64,000 nucleotides of DNA from IMG/VR virus record IMGVR_UViG_2806310659_000001, positions 1 to 64,000 of that record. One strand, given 5' to 3'. The stretch's first letter is position 1, and each line of letters begins with the position of its first letter. This stretch comes from a virus. Its lineage: Duplodnaviria; Caudoviricetes. The notes beneath the pieces were generated by a model. It was not told the DNA's origin. It was given only the letters and a program-made list of their open reading frames with translations, and did not search any database. Position numbers and translations under genes: made by a program. Positions 54,215 through 64,000 of this stretch are shown piece after piece.

Positions 54215-56105
54215 CAGTGCTCCCGTGCGCGTATTTCCTGTTCCGTACCAACGAGCACATCCACCAAGAGGCGGTGACTCAGCACGGAAGCGTCATAGTC
54301 GATCAACCAGCGCAGTTTCACGCCGTTTACATCCAAGTAGCCACCGCCAAGGACCGGACTACCCTTGAGGACCCGGCCGGCGCGAGCCACGATCAGTTCT
54401 GCGTCGCCAACACTCTCGCGAAACCCATCGGCCACAGATCGGACGGCCGGGACGAGCCAGGTCCGCGCGAACGTCAGCGGGCGCATCTCCAGGGACTCAT
54501 CGTCGAGGTGCATAACGGAATAGAGCTGGTACTCCAACCTGACTAATCCCGCGCCGACATAGACCAGGTCGCCCGGGCAGGAGCCCCTATCCGAGCGCGA
54601 ATCGAGAATTCTGTCGCCGATGGGAAATAGCCACTCCGCAGTCCCTGCGAGGCATTCGTTTGCGGTATCGCTCACCAGGCCGAAAATGTCAAACATTACT
54701 CGTCGATCAATCCTTCAATTTGACGCTTCAGGTAGCGCAAGTCGAGTTCGGACATCGCGTACAACCGCCCGCGGCCATCAGTGATGAGCATGAGCGCGTA
54801 CTCCGCGATCCCCTCCTCGCCGTCCTCCACCTTGTACTGCGCTCCAGAGACGACGCCGACATAGTCGGGGTTGTGGATGGGGCTCATTCGATGGTGGCCT
54901 GGATCGCCGCGGCCAGACCGGCGGTGTCGTCGTACTCGTAGTCGTCATCGAACAGGTCGTAAGTCATAAGTTCTCTAGTCCCAGATTGTGTTGAGGTTTT
55001 CCCGCAGCAAGTCCCACGCAATGTCGGGAATCTGCAAGTCGTCGTACTCGTCGCGCGTGGAGAATCCGTCGTGGATCTCCAGCAGAATGTCCAGCCACTC
55101 CTCGCGGGTCATCCTCACGGGCCAGCCGTGGTTGTGGACGAAATGCCAGTAGGCGGTGCCGGCGATCACATCGGCGAGATAGTCCCCGCCATTCCACATG
55201 TCGAATTGCGAATAGCCACGCGCGGCCCGTTCGATCCAGTGGCGTAGTGCCCGTACCGGGATGCGGAACCACTCCTGCCACCACTTGCGGGTGAATGGTC
55301 GGTAGTGGTTGGAGTAGATCCACCCATCGGCGCCGGTCATTCTTCTTCGGGGTCGCGGACCTCCAGTGCCCCGTTCACGATGGACACCTCGGCATCCCAG
55401 TTGAGGCCACCAAGCTCGCCGTATAGATCGTCAACCGTGTCGCCCGGCTCCAACTCGATGCGGGCGAACCTCTTACTAGCAACCTTCATGTCAGACCCCC
55501 AGCAGCGACTTGATGTTGCCGGCGACGGTGGTGGCCAGTTCGTGCTCGGCCTTGTGCTCGTCGCTCTGAGCCGAGTAGGCAGTGGCGAGAACCAGCTTGC
55601 GGTCGGCCTGCTGCAACTGCTCCTCTGCGTGGCGCTCCAGCTCGGCGACGGTGTCGTGCAGCTTGGCGGTGATCGTCTCAACGCTCTTGGGTGCGGGCGC
55701 GGGAACGCGCTTGGACTTGCGCATGTGTATCTCCTGTTACTTCGCTTGATCGGACCCGACAAGCACGAGTGATCCCCGCCTGTCGAGTTGGGTACGGAGG
55801 TAATCCATTGCCTCCGGTAAGACGACCGGGTAAACGTCATTCCGGCCCTGTTTGAGTGCGAGCGTGGCCGCCAAACTCTCCGTCTTCTTGTTGAGGGCGG
55901 ATTTGGTCACCACGTAGTCGGCGTCGTCTGGCAAGTTGAGCCGGCCGACCGCTCCGGACTGGCGGGATTCGTTGATGTCGACCCGCGGCGGCTTACTGCA
56001 ATCGGTGATCTCGATGACGTGGTACTGGTAGCCCTCGAATGCCTTGCGGATGGCGGAGCGGATTGTGTCGTCGGTCGAATAGAGGGTGACCTTCTGTTTG
56101 ATCAC
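54214..56105 (-). other. Hypothetical ORFs (54214-54696, 54696-54887, 54975-55340, 55337-55489, 55491-55724, 55737-56105)
   Basis: Coupled short ORFs. Confidence 0.6.
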
Positions 56106-56758
56106 GACTGGCGGGGAACCCGCTTATAGGGGCCGCACCAACCCGAGACAACCTTGTTGCGCCCGGAGCTGTAGTTGCCATCCTCCAGAAGGAGCGCATA
56201 GCCGGCGCCGCGGTCGTCTTCGAGCCAGTGCCACCGGTCACCGTCCTCGTCGTCCCAGTCGTAGTCACGGTCAGCAGCCGTGAGCTGGTCGCGGGTTGGG
56301 GGCGGAATCTCACGGTAGGGGCCATAGCCTTCCCAGCAGCCGGTGTCTTCCCATACGTCGCCATCCGGTTCGGTCCTGACCCACCACCGGTTGGCAGCGT
56401 CCCAGTGGTACTCGTCGCCCAGGGTGTCGACCCAGTGGGCGTCGCGCTCGTTCAGGCCGAGTTCTTGGACCTCCCGCGGGCCGTCCTCCTCGTGCACGTA
56501 GTCGTGGACCTCGTCGATGACATCGGACAGGTCGTCGAATGGGACCAACTCGGCGGCGGCGCACACGAGGGACTGCGCAAAGTCGTCGTCGTCAACCGTC
56601 TCTAGCCAGACATGGTCCTCGTCGTAGATGTAAGTGACGGGGGTGGAGTAGTCGTGGCCCAACGCCATCAGGGCGTTGACCATCTTGACCAGATCGCCGA
56701 TCGTCACGGCATCGCGCCATTTGGGCTTGGCGGATTCGACGGCTACTTTGTGGCTCAT
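56102..56758 (-). CDS. Acidic protein with two D-x-x-G-D...GPY modules
   Basis: WVDTLGDEYHW...GPYREI and WDDEDGDRWHW...GPYKRV. Confidence 0.65.
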   Translation of the reverse strand: MSHKVAVESAKPKWRDAVTIGDLVKMVNALMALGHDYSTPVTYIYDEDHVWLETVDDDDFAQSLVCAAAELVPFDDLSDVIDEVHDYVHEEDGPREVQELGLNERDAHWVDTLGDEYHWDAANRWWVRTEPDGDVWEDTGCWEGYGPYREIPPPTRDQLTAADRDYDWDDEDGDRWHWLEDDRGAGYALLLEDGNYSSGRNKVVSGWCGPYKRVPRQS

Positions 56759-57183
56759 GCGGCGGACAACCTTTCAATTTCTTTCAGGACTACATGGCCG
56801 GGGCAGTCGAATAGTTCACCTCGGCCAGGAAGGCGGTATTGGGCAAGTGCGGCATGAAGGACCGCCTCGGCTACGAAGCCCCCGGGGAGGGTGGCCGTAA
56901 AGGTGGGCTCCCCGTACTCGGTCTTGAGATCCTTCAATCGCGATTTCAGGTACTTATTGGAGTTGGAGTAGCCGACCTTTACGAGCCCATTCGGCAATCC
57001 GATTGCATAGCAGATGCCGGGGAATGAATCGAGAGGATTGAACCGCGCGGCTCTCCGCGCCTCGACAGACATCTTGGCGACGAGTGCGAGCTTGTGCTCG
57101 TCACACAACATGAAGTTGTGGAAGAAGCTCGCTTCCCTGCCGCACGGCGGCACCTCGCGCCCCCGATAGACACAGGACTCGAT
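56755..57183 (-). CDS. GIY-YIG / T5orf172-like protein with N-terminal Zn finger
   Basis: ICYAI...VKVGYS...RL..L...E..LH..L...GELF. Probable ATC start after AAGGGG. Confidence 0.7.
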   Translation of the reverse strand: MESCVYRGREVPPCGREASFFHNFMLCDEHKLALVAKMSVEARRAARFNPLDSFPGICYAIGLPNGLVKVGYSNSNKYLKSRLKDLKTEYGEPTFTATLPGGFVAEAVLHAALAQYRLPGRGELFDCPGHVVLKEIERLSAA

Positions 57184-57213
57184 TTCGCGTCCCCTTCTTC
57201 ACTTTAAGGCAGT

Positions 57214-57246
57214 GAAACCACCCCTCCTTCGGAGGGGGTGGTTTTC
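57214..57246. terminator. Strong hairpin, possibly a bidirectional terminator
   Basis: AAACCACCCCTCC-TTC-GGAGGGGGTGGTTTT. Confidence 0.6.
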
Positions 57247-57374
57247 GTCTTTGCCTTTAATGGTTAGCTTCTATCCCCTGGAACGCCTGGTGAGCTGCGG
57301 AAACGTGTTCCGAACTCGTTACCTTCGCTAAGGAAAGGTTTTCCCGGGCAAATCCTGGGGGAAAAAATTGCAGA

Positions 57375-58808
57375 TCAGAGCAGGTTTTCGTTTATCTTTG
57401 GCTCCGATATTTGGGCCAGGAACCACGCCGTAGGAACGCTTCCGCCCTGTCCGCCACGGTGCCCGTCGACTTTCGTCAAGACCCCTCGCTTGACGAGCTT
57501 GTCGAGCTGCCGCTGCGCCTTCTTGCACTGCGCATCAGTGGGGCGGGGGGTGTCGTACAACTGCTTGGCAGCCTCCTTGGCGGTCAGCCCGTCCGGGCCG
57601 GCGCCGTTGACCGCTTTCGTGAAGTCGAACTTCACCACCTCCATCCGCCCCTCCTCGGGGAAGTAGTGGAGATGCCAGGGACCCACCTCGTTGGCGGGCT
57701 GCTTGACGTGGTGGAACCTCACCACCAGATCACCCGGGTCGCCGGTCAACTGAATGACCGAGCCGGCCCCAGAGGTCAGCCACGTCGAGCCGAACACGTC
57801 GTTGATCCCGACCGGTCCGTTCTGCGGGTTGGCCTTCCTGTTGTGGTGCAGCTCGCAGATCTGCACGCCGCGTGCCAGCAGTGCTTGTCTGGCCCGGTTG
57901 TAGGCCGCGGCCGTGGCGTCCTCGGACAGCCCCACCACCGCGTCCTTGAGCGAGTCCACGTACACCGTGCCGGCGCCAGCCTCCAGCGCCATCCTTGCCA
58001 GCAGGGATGGGTCCACTGCCAGGTCGGAGATGGGCGGACCGGGGCGGAACAGTAGCCGGCCCGTAACTCCTGCCATCTCCTCGGCATCGAACTGCCGTCT
58101 CATCGAGCGGCGGATCTGTCGTGGGCGGTCCATCGCCAGGTACAGGATGGGTCTCTCGGAGCAGGCGATAGGCAGACCGAGGACCGTGCTGTCGAGCCCG
58201 AGCTGTCCGCGGACGAGCATCCCGGCGAGGGTGGTCTTACCCAGCCCCATACCGCCGGCGATCATCAGTGCCTCGCCCTCGGCCCAGAGGATGTCATCGC
58301 CGTCGCCCCACACGATCACGCTGCGATCGTCGGCACCGAACATCCACTCCGCGCCGTCAACGGGAGGGAAGTTTCCCCAGACATCGATTGCTGGAGCGGA
58401 ATCGCCTTCCACTGGCCGCTGGGGACCTCCCCCGATAGATGACACCGGCGAGGGCGTAGCGGCGCGCTCAGGGACCATGCGGGCGCCGACCTTCGCATCG
58501 GCCCCGGCGAAGCCCGAACGAATGGTGGCCTCGATCTCATGGTCGTCCAGGCCGGCATTGCGGGCGGCTAGTGTGAGAGTGTCCTCGACGGTATGTTTGT
58601 CGATGGCCCCGGCGTTAATCAGGCCCCCCATATTGAACGCTGCTACGTTCAGGGTGTGATTGCGCACCCCTTCCGGGGCCACCTCCACATTGCGCGCCTC
58701 TAACTGGAGGGCTGCCGCGGCGTAGGCGTTGTTCGGGGCGACCGGGTTGGCGATCTTCCTGGGCTCGGGCTTGGGCTGTTCAACGCGCTGAAGGAAGCCG
58801 GTAGTCAA
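57375..58808 (-). CDS. RepA/AAA_25-type DNA helicase with N-terminal PriCT-like domain
   Basis: GVRNHTLNVAAF; GGMGLGKTT Walker A; VYVDSL; LHHNRK. Confidence 0.88.
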   Translation of the reverse strand: MTTGFLQRVEQPKPEPRKIANPVAPNNAYAAAALQLEARNVEVAPEGVRNHTLNVAAFNMGGLINAGAIDKHTVEDTLTLAARNAGLDDHEIEATIRSGFAGADAKVGARMVPERAATPSPVSSIGGGPQRPVEGDSAPAIDVWGNFPPVDGAEWMFGADDRSVIVWGDGDDILWAEGEALMIAGGMGLGKTTLAGMLVRGQLGLDSTVLGLPIACSERPILYLAMDRPRQIRRSMRRQFDAEEMAGVTGRLLFRPGPPISDLAVDPSLLARMALEAGAGTVYVDSLKDAVVGLSEDATAAAYNRARQALLARGVQICELHHNRKANPQNGPVGINDVFGSTWLTSGAGSVIQLTGDPGDLVVRFHHVKQPANEVGPWHLHYFPEEGRMEVVKFDFTKAVNGAGPDGLTAKEAAKQLYDTPRPTDAQCKKAQRQLDKLVKRGVLTKVDGHRGGQGGSVPTAWFLAQISEPKINENLL

Positions 58809-60297
58809 GTCCCTCCTCCAGTACGCGCTGCACGTCCTCGAATGTCTGCCAGCTCAGGAACTGGCCGTCCTGCCAGACGGGCTGGAGCAGGCTTCGTCGT
58901 TCCGCAGACTCGCCGGCCTCCTGAACCAGGACGAGGCCCCCGCCAAAGGCATTCGCCCGGCGTCCTACCGCGAGCCGGCCGGTAGCACTCGTCTTGGTGC
59001 CGTCATCGGTGATCGGGTCCTTCTTGAGGTTCACGCCCTCGCCGTCGACCTCCGCCCAGGTGGCTTTCATCGCCGAACCGAACGTGTCGCGGGTCTGGTA
59101 CTGGTAGCTGAACGAGCCCACGCCGAACACCACGTTGGTCGAGGCGTAGCACAGTTGCCGCATCCTCTCGGTGATCGAGCGGGCGCGGTCGAGCGTGATC
59201 GAGTCGCCGTAGATGGCGCCGACGTGCGAGTCCAGTTCGATGAAGCCTCGGGCGTTCTTGTGCCCGCCGAAGGTGTTGTAGAGCAGGTTCAGCACGCCCC
59301 ACCACTCGTGGGACATGTATGGCGCCTGCGGGTTACCACAGAGGATCTTCTCCGGGTCGCCCGAGTCGGGGCGGATCACCAGCTTGCCCTCACGTGTGAG
59401 GATCTTGTTCTTCAGCGCCGGCAGGTAGGTGGCCAGCACACGCCACAGGTCGAACGTGTCGGACACGATCGAGACCGTCCCCTTGGGGTACAGGTCCAGC
59501 AGACGGTTGATCGTCTCCAGCTCCCCCACGGTGGCGATTCCGGTGCACATGACCGAGTGCTCGGTGGCCGGGACCGACTGGGCGGAGTAGAACCCGCCGT
59601 AGTAGCGGTCGATCCAGTCCAGGGAGACCAGGGAGTCGGTGCCGAAGAATGACAGCAGGTGGCCGGCGCCCGACGCCGCGGCGGACTCGTGCGAAGACAT
59701 CCCCCGGTAGGAGAAGTCGTGGCACTGGTAGTTCACGGCCGAAGGGGCGGCGCCGGTCAGCTTGGCCGCCTCCTCCAGGATCTTGCGATACTCACGGGCG
59801 ATCGTCGCCGAGGTGGACGCCTGCCAGATGCCGGCCGACAGCCCGGTCTCGACGAAGTTTGTCAGCCAGAAGAACCGCGGGTCGGTGTTCTCCACCGTGA
59901 AGGACGGGATGCCGATCGGAACCGGCGTGCCCTCGGGGATCGAGCAGAACCGCAGGGGCAGGTACCCCAGCTTCCATAGCTCCCGAACGTGCTCCGAACC
60001 GATCGACTCGGCGGCCGGGATACCGAGCACCTGCGCGATGCGCCCCTCGTAGAGGTCGCACACCTCGTCCACATCCGACTCGAAGAACGGCTCCCACTCC
60101 TCCATCAGGTACTTGCGGAGGTAGGCCTGCAATCCGAAGTGGACCACGTGGTTGACGCCGGGTATGCGCGACTTGCGGTTGGTGTAGTTGGAGTAGACGC
60201 GGGTGACGTTGCCGCTCAGTTGGTATTGCCGAAGATGGTCCAGCTTGTAGGCGTCAGTGCGAAACAGGGGGGCAACTGGCTCGTAGAGCGTGTTCAC
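58780..60297 (-). CDS. Nicotinamide phosphoribosyltransferase-like protein (Namat/NadV family)
   Basis: TDAYKLDH, HDFSYRG, SVPATEHSVM, SIVSDTFD, VIRPDSGDP, IYGDSIT, TRDTFG.A.KAT. Confidence 0.93.
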   Translation of the reverse strand: MNTLYEPVAPLFRTDAYKLDHLRQYQLSGNVTRVYSNYTNRKSRIPGVNHVVHFGLQAYLRKYLMEEWEPFFESDVDEVCDLYEGRIAQVLGIPAAESIGSEHVRELWKLGYLPLRFCSIPEGTPVPIGIPSFTVENTDPRFFWLTNFVETGLSAGIWQASTSATIAREYRKILEEAAKLTGAAPSAVNYQCHDFSYRGMSSHESAAASGAGHLLSFFGTDSLVSLDWIDRYYGGFYSAQSVPATEHSVMCTGIATVGELETINRLLDLYPKGTVSIVSDTFDLWRVLATYLPALKNKILTREGKLVIRPDSGDPEKILCGNPQAPYMSHEWWGVLNLLYNTFGGHKNARGFIELDSHVGAIYGDSITLDRARSITERMRQLCYASTNVVFGVGSFSYQYQTRDTFGSAMKATWAEVDGEGVNLKKDPITDDGTKTSATGRLAVGRRANAFGGGLVLVQEAGESAERRSLLQPVWQDGQFLSWQTFEDVQRVLEEGLDYRLPSAR

Positions 60298-61141
60298 TGA
60301 AGTCCTTCACGTGTTGAAGCATGTACGTTTCGGTCGGCACGATCACCGTGGCCACGCCCACCCTGTTGTGCCCGGGGTGGGAGTCGGTGGTGTAGATGTG
60401 CCGGTAGTGCTCGCGCAGGTCATAGGCGCGACCGGAAAAGATCCCGTGCGTCACCCATAGGCCGAGCTGGTCGCGATGCAGGCCGGTCTCTTTTGCCAGG
60501 CCCATGAACGTCCCGCCGCCGTCGCAGATGTCGTCGACCACCAGGTAGCGACCGTGCCGCGGGAGGTGGTCTTTCATCTCGATGCCGAGGATCTTCCCGG
60601 TATCGAACTCGCGGACCTTCTCCGCGCGGTAGAAATCGAGCCCCAGCTCGTGGGCCGCCGTGTAGGCGCGCTGAGCGGCACCCTTGTCAGGTGAGATCAC
60701 ACCGTCGTACCGCTCCCGGTGATCGGCGTCCTGTAGCGCTCGTAGCAGCAGGGGGAACGGATCTAGCTGCGTCAGGTTTCGCAGGTAGCGACCAATCATC
60801 GGCGAGTGTGCATCGATGCCGATAACCTGCTGCGGGTTCATGGAGTTGATCAGCTCCGCATACACTCTGGCGCCTTCCGGCTCGCCGCGGTCAGCCCGGG
60901 CGGCCGGCAAGTAGGGCAGCATCAGAACGAACGGCATCTGCCGCTGGTGGGCGACGTTGGCCCACAGTGCCGCCTTGACGAGATCATCGGCACTTGCCCC
61001 GCGGACATCGGCCACCCACACTGCCGCGGCTCCCACGCTCGGCAGGTCGCGCAGATGGTGCTCGCCGCCAGGGAAGGTGAACGAATCGCCCACACCTTTG
61101 AGGTAGCCGTTGGGGGTGTGTAAGCGGAGGTGGACGGTCAT
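60254..61141 (-). CDS. Ribose-phosphate pyrophosphokinase-like protein (Adps/Prs family)
   Basis: FPGGE, PYLPAARADR, DAHS, SPDKGA, VVDDICDGGGTF, VTHGIFS. Confidence 0.92.
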   Translation of the reverse strand: MTVHLRLHTPNGYLKGVGDSFTFPGGEHHLRDLPSVGAAAVWVADVRGASADDLVKAALWANVAHQRQMPFVLMLPYLPAARADRGEPEGARVYAELINSMNPQQVIGIDAHSPMIGRYLRNLTQLDPFPLLLRALQDADHRERYDGVISPDKGAAQRAYTAAHELGLDFYRAEKVREFDTGKILGIEMKDHLPRHGRYLVVDDICDGGGTFMGLAKETGLHRDQLGLWVTHGIFSGRAYDLREHYRHIYTTDSHPGHNRVGVATVIVPTETYMLQHVKDFSEHALRASCPPVSH

Positions 61142-61827
61142 GCGGACTTCCTGATCTCGGGTGAGGGTTGGATGAGCCACGAGTAACGCCGATCGCCGAT
61201 CGCCGATGGCGGGGCGCACACGTAACCGCCGGCGCCGCGGTAGTCGATGCCCGGCTTAACACCCGCGCGGTTGCCGTCGCCCGTGGGCGAGACGTAGTAA
61301 TGAGTCCCTCTTGGGGTGTCCACCTTGCCGTGGACATCTGGCAATGCATCGGGTCCAAGTTGGGCCAGTGATGCCACCCCGGTCGGTCCGTCGATGTCGA
61401 TCACGTCGAACATCACTCCCGTGGCCAGACCGATGTTGGAGTCGGGCATATCGGTCCACCATCTACGGACCTGGTCTGGGTCCAATGTTGCGTCCTTGAA
61501 ACCGCGGGTGTGCGGGTAGGGCTTCTTGCCATCACCGAGGAAGTCGGGCCGCCTCGGATCGGTGTAGCCAACGGGTGCGAGCGGGAAGACCGGCCAGCCC
61601 TGTTTGGCGTACCAGAGGGCGGACGGACCCAGCTTGGCGGGACGGTCGTGCTTGTCGATCTCCGCCTGGAGTCGATTAGCCTCGGTTACGTCGTCACGCT
61701 GAGCGGCGTCACACCACTGCTGAGTTAGGGTGAACACCTCCGTGGGCTTGCACGTCGGGTGAGACGTTTGGCCCACGAAGGTGACCTCCATGACGCCGGC
61801 GCAGTCCGAACAGGTCGAGTAGAACAT
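61138..61827 (-). CDS. Bifunctional primase/polymerase (Prim-Pol) domain protein
   Basis: WPVFPL...GFKDAT.D...WW...NIGLATG...VIDID...TPRGTHYY...DYRG.GGYV.APPS. Confidence 0.9.
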   Translation of the reverse strand: MFYSTCSDCAGVMEVTFVGQTSHPTCKPTEVFTLTQQWCDAAQRDDVTEANRLQAEIDKHDRPAKLGPSALWYAKQGWPVFPLAPVGYTDPRRPDFLGDGKKPYPHTRGFKDATLDPDQVRRWWTDMPDSNIGLATGVMFDVIDIDGPTGVASLAQLGPDALPDVHGKVDTPRGTHYYVSPTGDGNRAGVKPGIDYRGAGGYVCAPPSAIGDRRYSWLIQPSPEIRKSA

Positions 61828-61843
61828 CGGACTGCCCTTCCGT

Positions 61844-62023
61844 TTAGTGGAACTGCCAGATGGATTCGATGTCGTCGAGGTTCAGATAGAGCGGGTCGGG
61901 GTTCATGCCCTCCCATTCGGCGGAGGTCAGACCCGAGCCGTTGTACTTGAACTTGAAGGACTCGCACGAAACGACCATTGACTTGCCCGACCGGTAGTTG
62001 ATCTGGACGGTGTGCTTCGCCAC
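61844..62023 (-). CDS. Small hypothetical protein
   Basis: 59-aa ORF starting at the stop codon of the SSB-like gene. Confidence 0.5.
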   Translation of the reverse strand: MAKHTVQINYRSGKSMVVSCESFKFKYNGSGLTSAEWEGMNPDPLYLNLDDIESIWQFH

Positions 62024-62490
62024 TAGAAGGGGCGTTCCTCGGAGAACCCTCCGCCGCTGAAGCCCTGCTGCTGGGCGGGCGATTGGTTGAACTGCTGCTG
62101 AGGCTCGGCCGGCGCACCTACGCCACGGGCAACCTTGACCTCGAAGTTCTTCACCGTGTTGCCATTGCGAGTGTTGGAGACACCAGTCAACGTGACCTTG
62201 ACCAGGTCGCCGCGCTTCAGGTTGGCCTCGATGATGTCGCGCTCCAGTTGGTACTGGGCGGCCGTCAAGGTGACAACCGTTCCGGCGTCGTAGTTGGTGC
62301 GCTGCCCCTTCGTGAAGGACGCGGCCGGCTCTGTCAGCTCAATCGCCAACTCCGGGCAAGGGCCGGCGTTGTTCATCTTCTGACCGGTGCCAACATGGAT
62401 CACCTTGCCAGTGACGTGTTGACCCTCCTGAGTTCCCCAGCCAATGAAGGCGACTGAACTCGGGGCCGACACAGTTTCCCATTCGGGCAT
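62023..62490 (-). CDS. Single-stranded DNA-binding-like protein
   Basis: Beta-rich core, Gln/Gly linker, C-terminal SEERPF. Confidence 0.65.
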   Translation of the reverse strand: MPEWETVSAPSSVAFIGWGTQEGQHVTGKVIHVGTGQKMNNAGPCPELAIELTEPAASFTKGQRTNYDAGTVVTLTAAQYQLERDIIEANLKRGDLVKVTLTGVSNTRNGNTVKNFEVKVARGVGAPAEPQQQFNQSPAQQQGFSGGGFSEERPF

Positions 62491-63117
62491 CTACTTCTTA
62501 CCTTTCCTGTGCTCATCGAGGACGAGCTTGTCGTAATCGTTGCGCGGAAACGAGATGGCGCAGTCCGCGTTACTGCAATGAATCGCGTCCTCGCCCGACC
62601 ACTGGCCAAGCGTGGGTAGTGAACATTTCGGGCAGGGAATGTGGCGTCGCTGCCACGTGCGGGACAGGCCGATGATCTGATCGGCCTTGCGCCAGCACGC
62701 ACGGATGTAGAGAGCCCGCTCCACTCCGTCGAGGTAGGTCTCGCGCATTCTGCCGCGGCGCCACAGGGTGAACTTCTCCGCCGGCCGATTGATCAAGTCC
62801 GCCACTGCAACGTTGCCAGCCCGGCGGACTACCTCGTCGATCTCGTCCATCAAGTCAAGCGCCCGCAGGTTGATGGGTACGGACGGCTCCGGGGTGGAGT
62901 TGACTTTCGAGCCCTGACTTGTCGTCGGGGAAACGCCGAGGAACGACCGCAGTGCGTCACGGATGACGGGGAGCTGTTCCAGATAGTCCTGGAGTTGCTT
63001 CACACAGCCGTTGCAGATCGTGGCCGGCTTCGACGTGATGGCGGAACCGTCTGGCGTTATCCCGACGCAGCGGTCCAGGCTGCGGCAGCGGTGGTGCGGG
63101 TCATCCAACTGCGGCAC
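62491..63117 (-). CDS. Cys-rich hypothetical protein
   Basis: CRSLDRC...CNGC and CPKC...C...C. Confidence 0.7.
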   Translation of the reverse strand: MPQLDDPHHRCRSLDRCVGITPDGSAITSKPATICNGCVKQLQDYLEQLPVIRDALRSFLGVSPTTSQGSKVNSTPEPSVPINLRALDLMDEIDEVVRRAGNVAVADLINRPAEKFTLWRRGRMRETYLDGVERALYIRACWRKADQIIGLSRTWQRRHIPCPKCSLPTLGQWSGEDAIHCSNADCAISFPRNDYDKLVLDEHRKGKK

Positions 63118-63412
63118 CCACGTGCACGGTCATTTTCAAGCCGAGGACGGTTACGCCGTCGAGCTTGTTGAGCCACCACTTATGGCCCGCCTGTTCGACC
63201 GGCTGTAGGCTAAGCAGCCTTCCGCCCCGATGCCAGCCGATGAACAGCTCGTGGTTGCGGAACTTCTCCTGGATGGAGAAGCCTGGGTCTGCGACCGGCC
63301 GCAGCACATTGTCATCGTCGAAGTGAAATTCCACAAACGTGAGCCCGCTCGCGCGCTTGTAGTGGCCGTCTTCGGTCCTCTTGTAGATGGCCATGTCGTA
63401 GCCACCGCTCAT
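63101..63412 (-). CDS. Hypothetical protein
   Basis: Coupled ORF. Confidence 0.55.
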   Translation of the reverse strand: MSGGYDMAIYKRTEDGHYKRASGLTFVEFHFDDDNVLRPVADPGFSIQEKFRNHELFIGWHRGGRLLSLQPVEQAGHKWWLNKLDGVTVLGLKMTVHVGAAVG

Positions 63413-63912
63413 GCCGCTGCCCCCTCAAACAGTCTCGACAATGTGGCAGCGGGGTCCGAGGATCGCCACTGCTCAAGATTGTGTTCGTACCTGGCCTGCT
63501 GACCGTCCCCGGTGTCCACGCAATTCAGTACCCATTCGAGGTTGTCCGCAGCGCAGTTGGTCACATCGCCATCCTTGAATCGCAGCTTCCACCTGTGCAC
63601 GTCGGCGATGTCGAATCGATCAAACGGCAGTCCGTGGAAGGTTGCGGCCACCAGGTAGGCAACTCGCATCTGATACTTGTTCTCCTTGGCGCGCGACCCG
63701 CCGAAGGAAATGCCCACAATCATCTGCTTGGGTGCCCGGGGATGTGTGGCAGCGAACCTCTGCTTGAGGATGCGCCCGGGGACGGTACGCCGACGCAGTT
63801 GGTCGCGCCACTGATGCTCGATCTCGTACGTGCGGGTGCGGATCTCGCCGTCGCGAGTCGCCTCAAACCTCTCAGGCAGTATCGGTATGCGGTGCCACTG
63901 CTCGTCGCTCAT
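63409..63912 (-). CDS. NUMOD4/HNH-like protein
   Basis: EQWHRIP...G.IR...VAYLVAATFHG...DGDVTNCAADNLEW. Confidence 0.7.
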   Translation of the reverse strand: MSDEQWHRIPILPERFEATRDGEIRTRTYEIEHQWRDQLRRRTVPGRILKQRFAATHPRAPKQMIVGISFGGSRAKENKYQMRVAYLVAATFHGLPFDRFDIADVHRWKLRFKDGDVTNCAADNLEWVLNCVDTGDGQQARYEHNLEQWRSSDPAATLSRLFEGAAA

Positions 63913-64000
63913 GCGCTCTCCGCCATGGTCGCACCGCCGTACAGCCGGGTCCGCTCTCGCGCGGTCGTGTTCCCCCAGATGCCGTAGCGATGGGCCGGGT
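63909..64000 (-). CDS. WhiB-family regulator, 3' end only
   Basis: YGIWGNTTARER resembles the WhiB G[IV]WGG turn motif; cut by the window edge. Confidence 0.65.
   Translation of the reverse strand, partial: PAHRYGIWGNTTARERTRLYGGATMAESA

Noticed and set aside
57250-57375. AT-rich gap after the helicase as replication origin
   Set aside because: No iterons or other direct support visible.

Overview
The whole window reads as one temperate, siphovirus-type actinobacteriophage, most likely a mycobacterial prophage, lying mostly on the minus strand. No integrase or att site is visible. From left to right: a plus-strand accessory block (sulfotransferase, Lsr2, DUF732-like secreted protein, many tiny ORFs; 0.1-5.5 kb); an unusually elaborate lysis cassette (5.5-10.6 kb); tail, head and packaging genes (10.6-35.9 kb); a divergent plus-strand cluster of small early-type genes behind two sigma-A-like promoters (36.2-42.6 kb); and the replication/accessory arm (HNH, exonuclease, ClpP-like, RNA ligase, helicase, Prs+Nampt pair, Prim-Pol, SSB-like, WhiB). 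The most striking element is about 1.1 kb of structured non-coding sequence on the minus strand (48.3-49.45 kb). It holds a GOLLD-like giant RNA (~770 nt), then an 82-nt tmRNA-like tRNA domain (G3-U70 alanine identity, no mRNA domain), then a third multi-branched RNA I cannot assign. Other notable items are a NARP1-type NAD+ reconstitution pair sitting between the Prim-Pol and helicase genes, a holin-like segment fused to the endolysin, a Tat-signal papain-like protease and a truncated muramidase paralog in the lysis cassette, and three repeated gene-boundary motifs. All family assignments come from motif recognition by eye, not from database searches.
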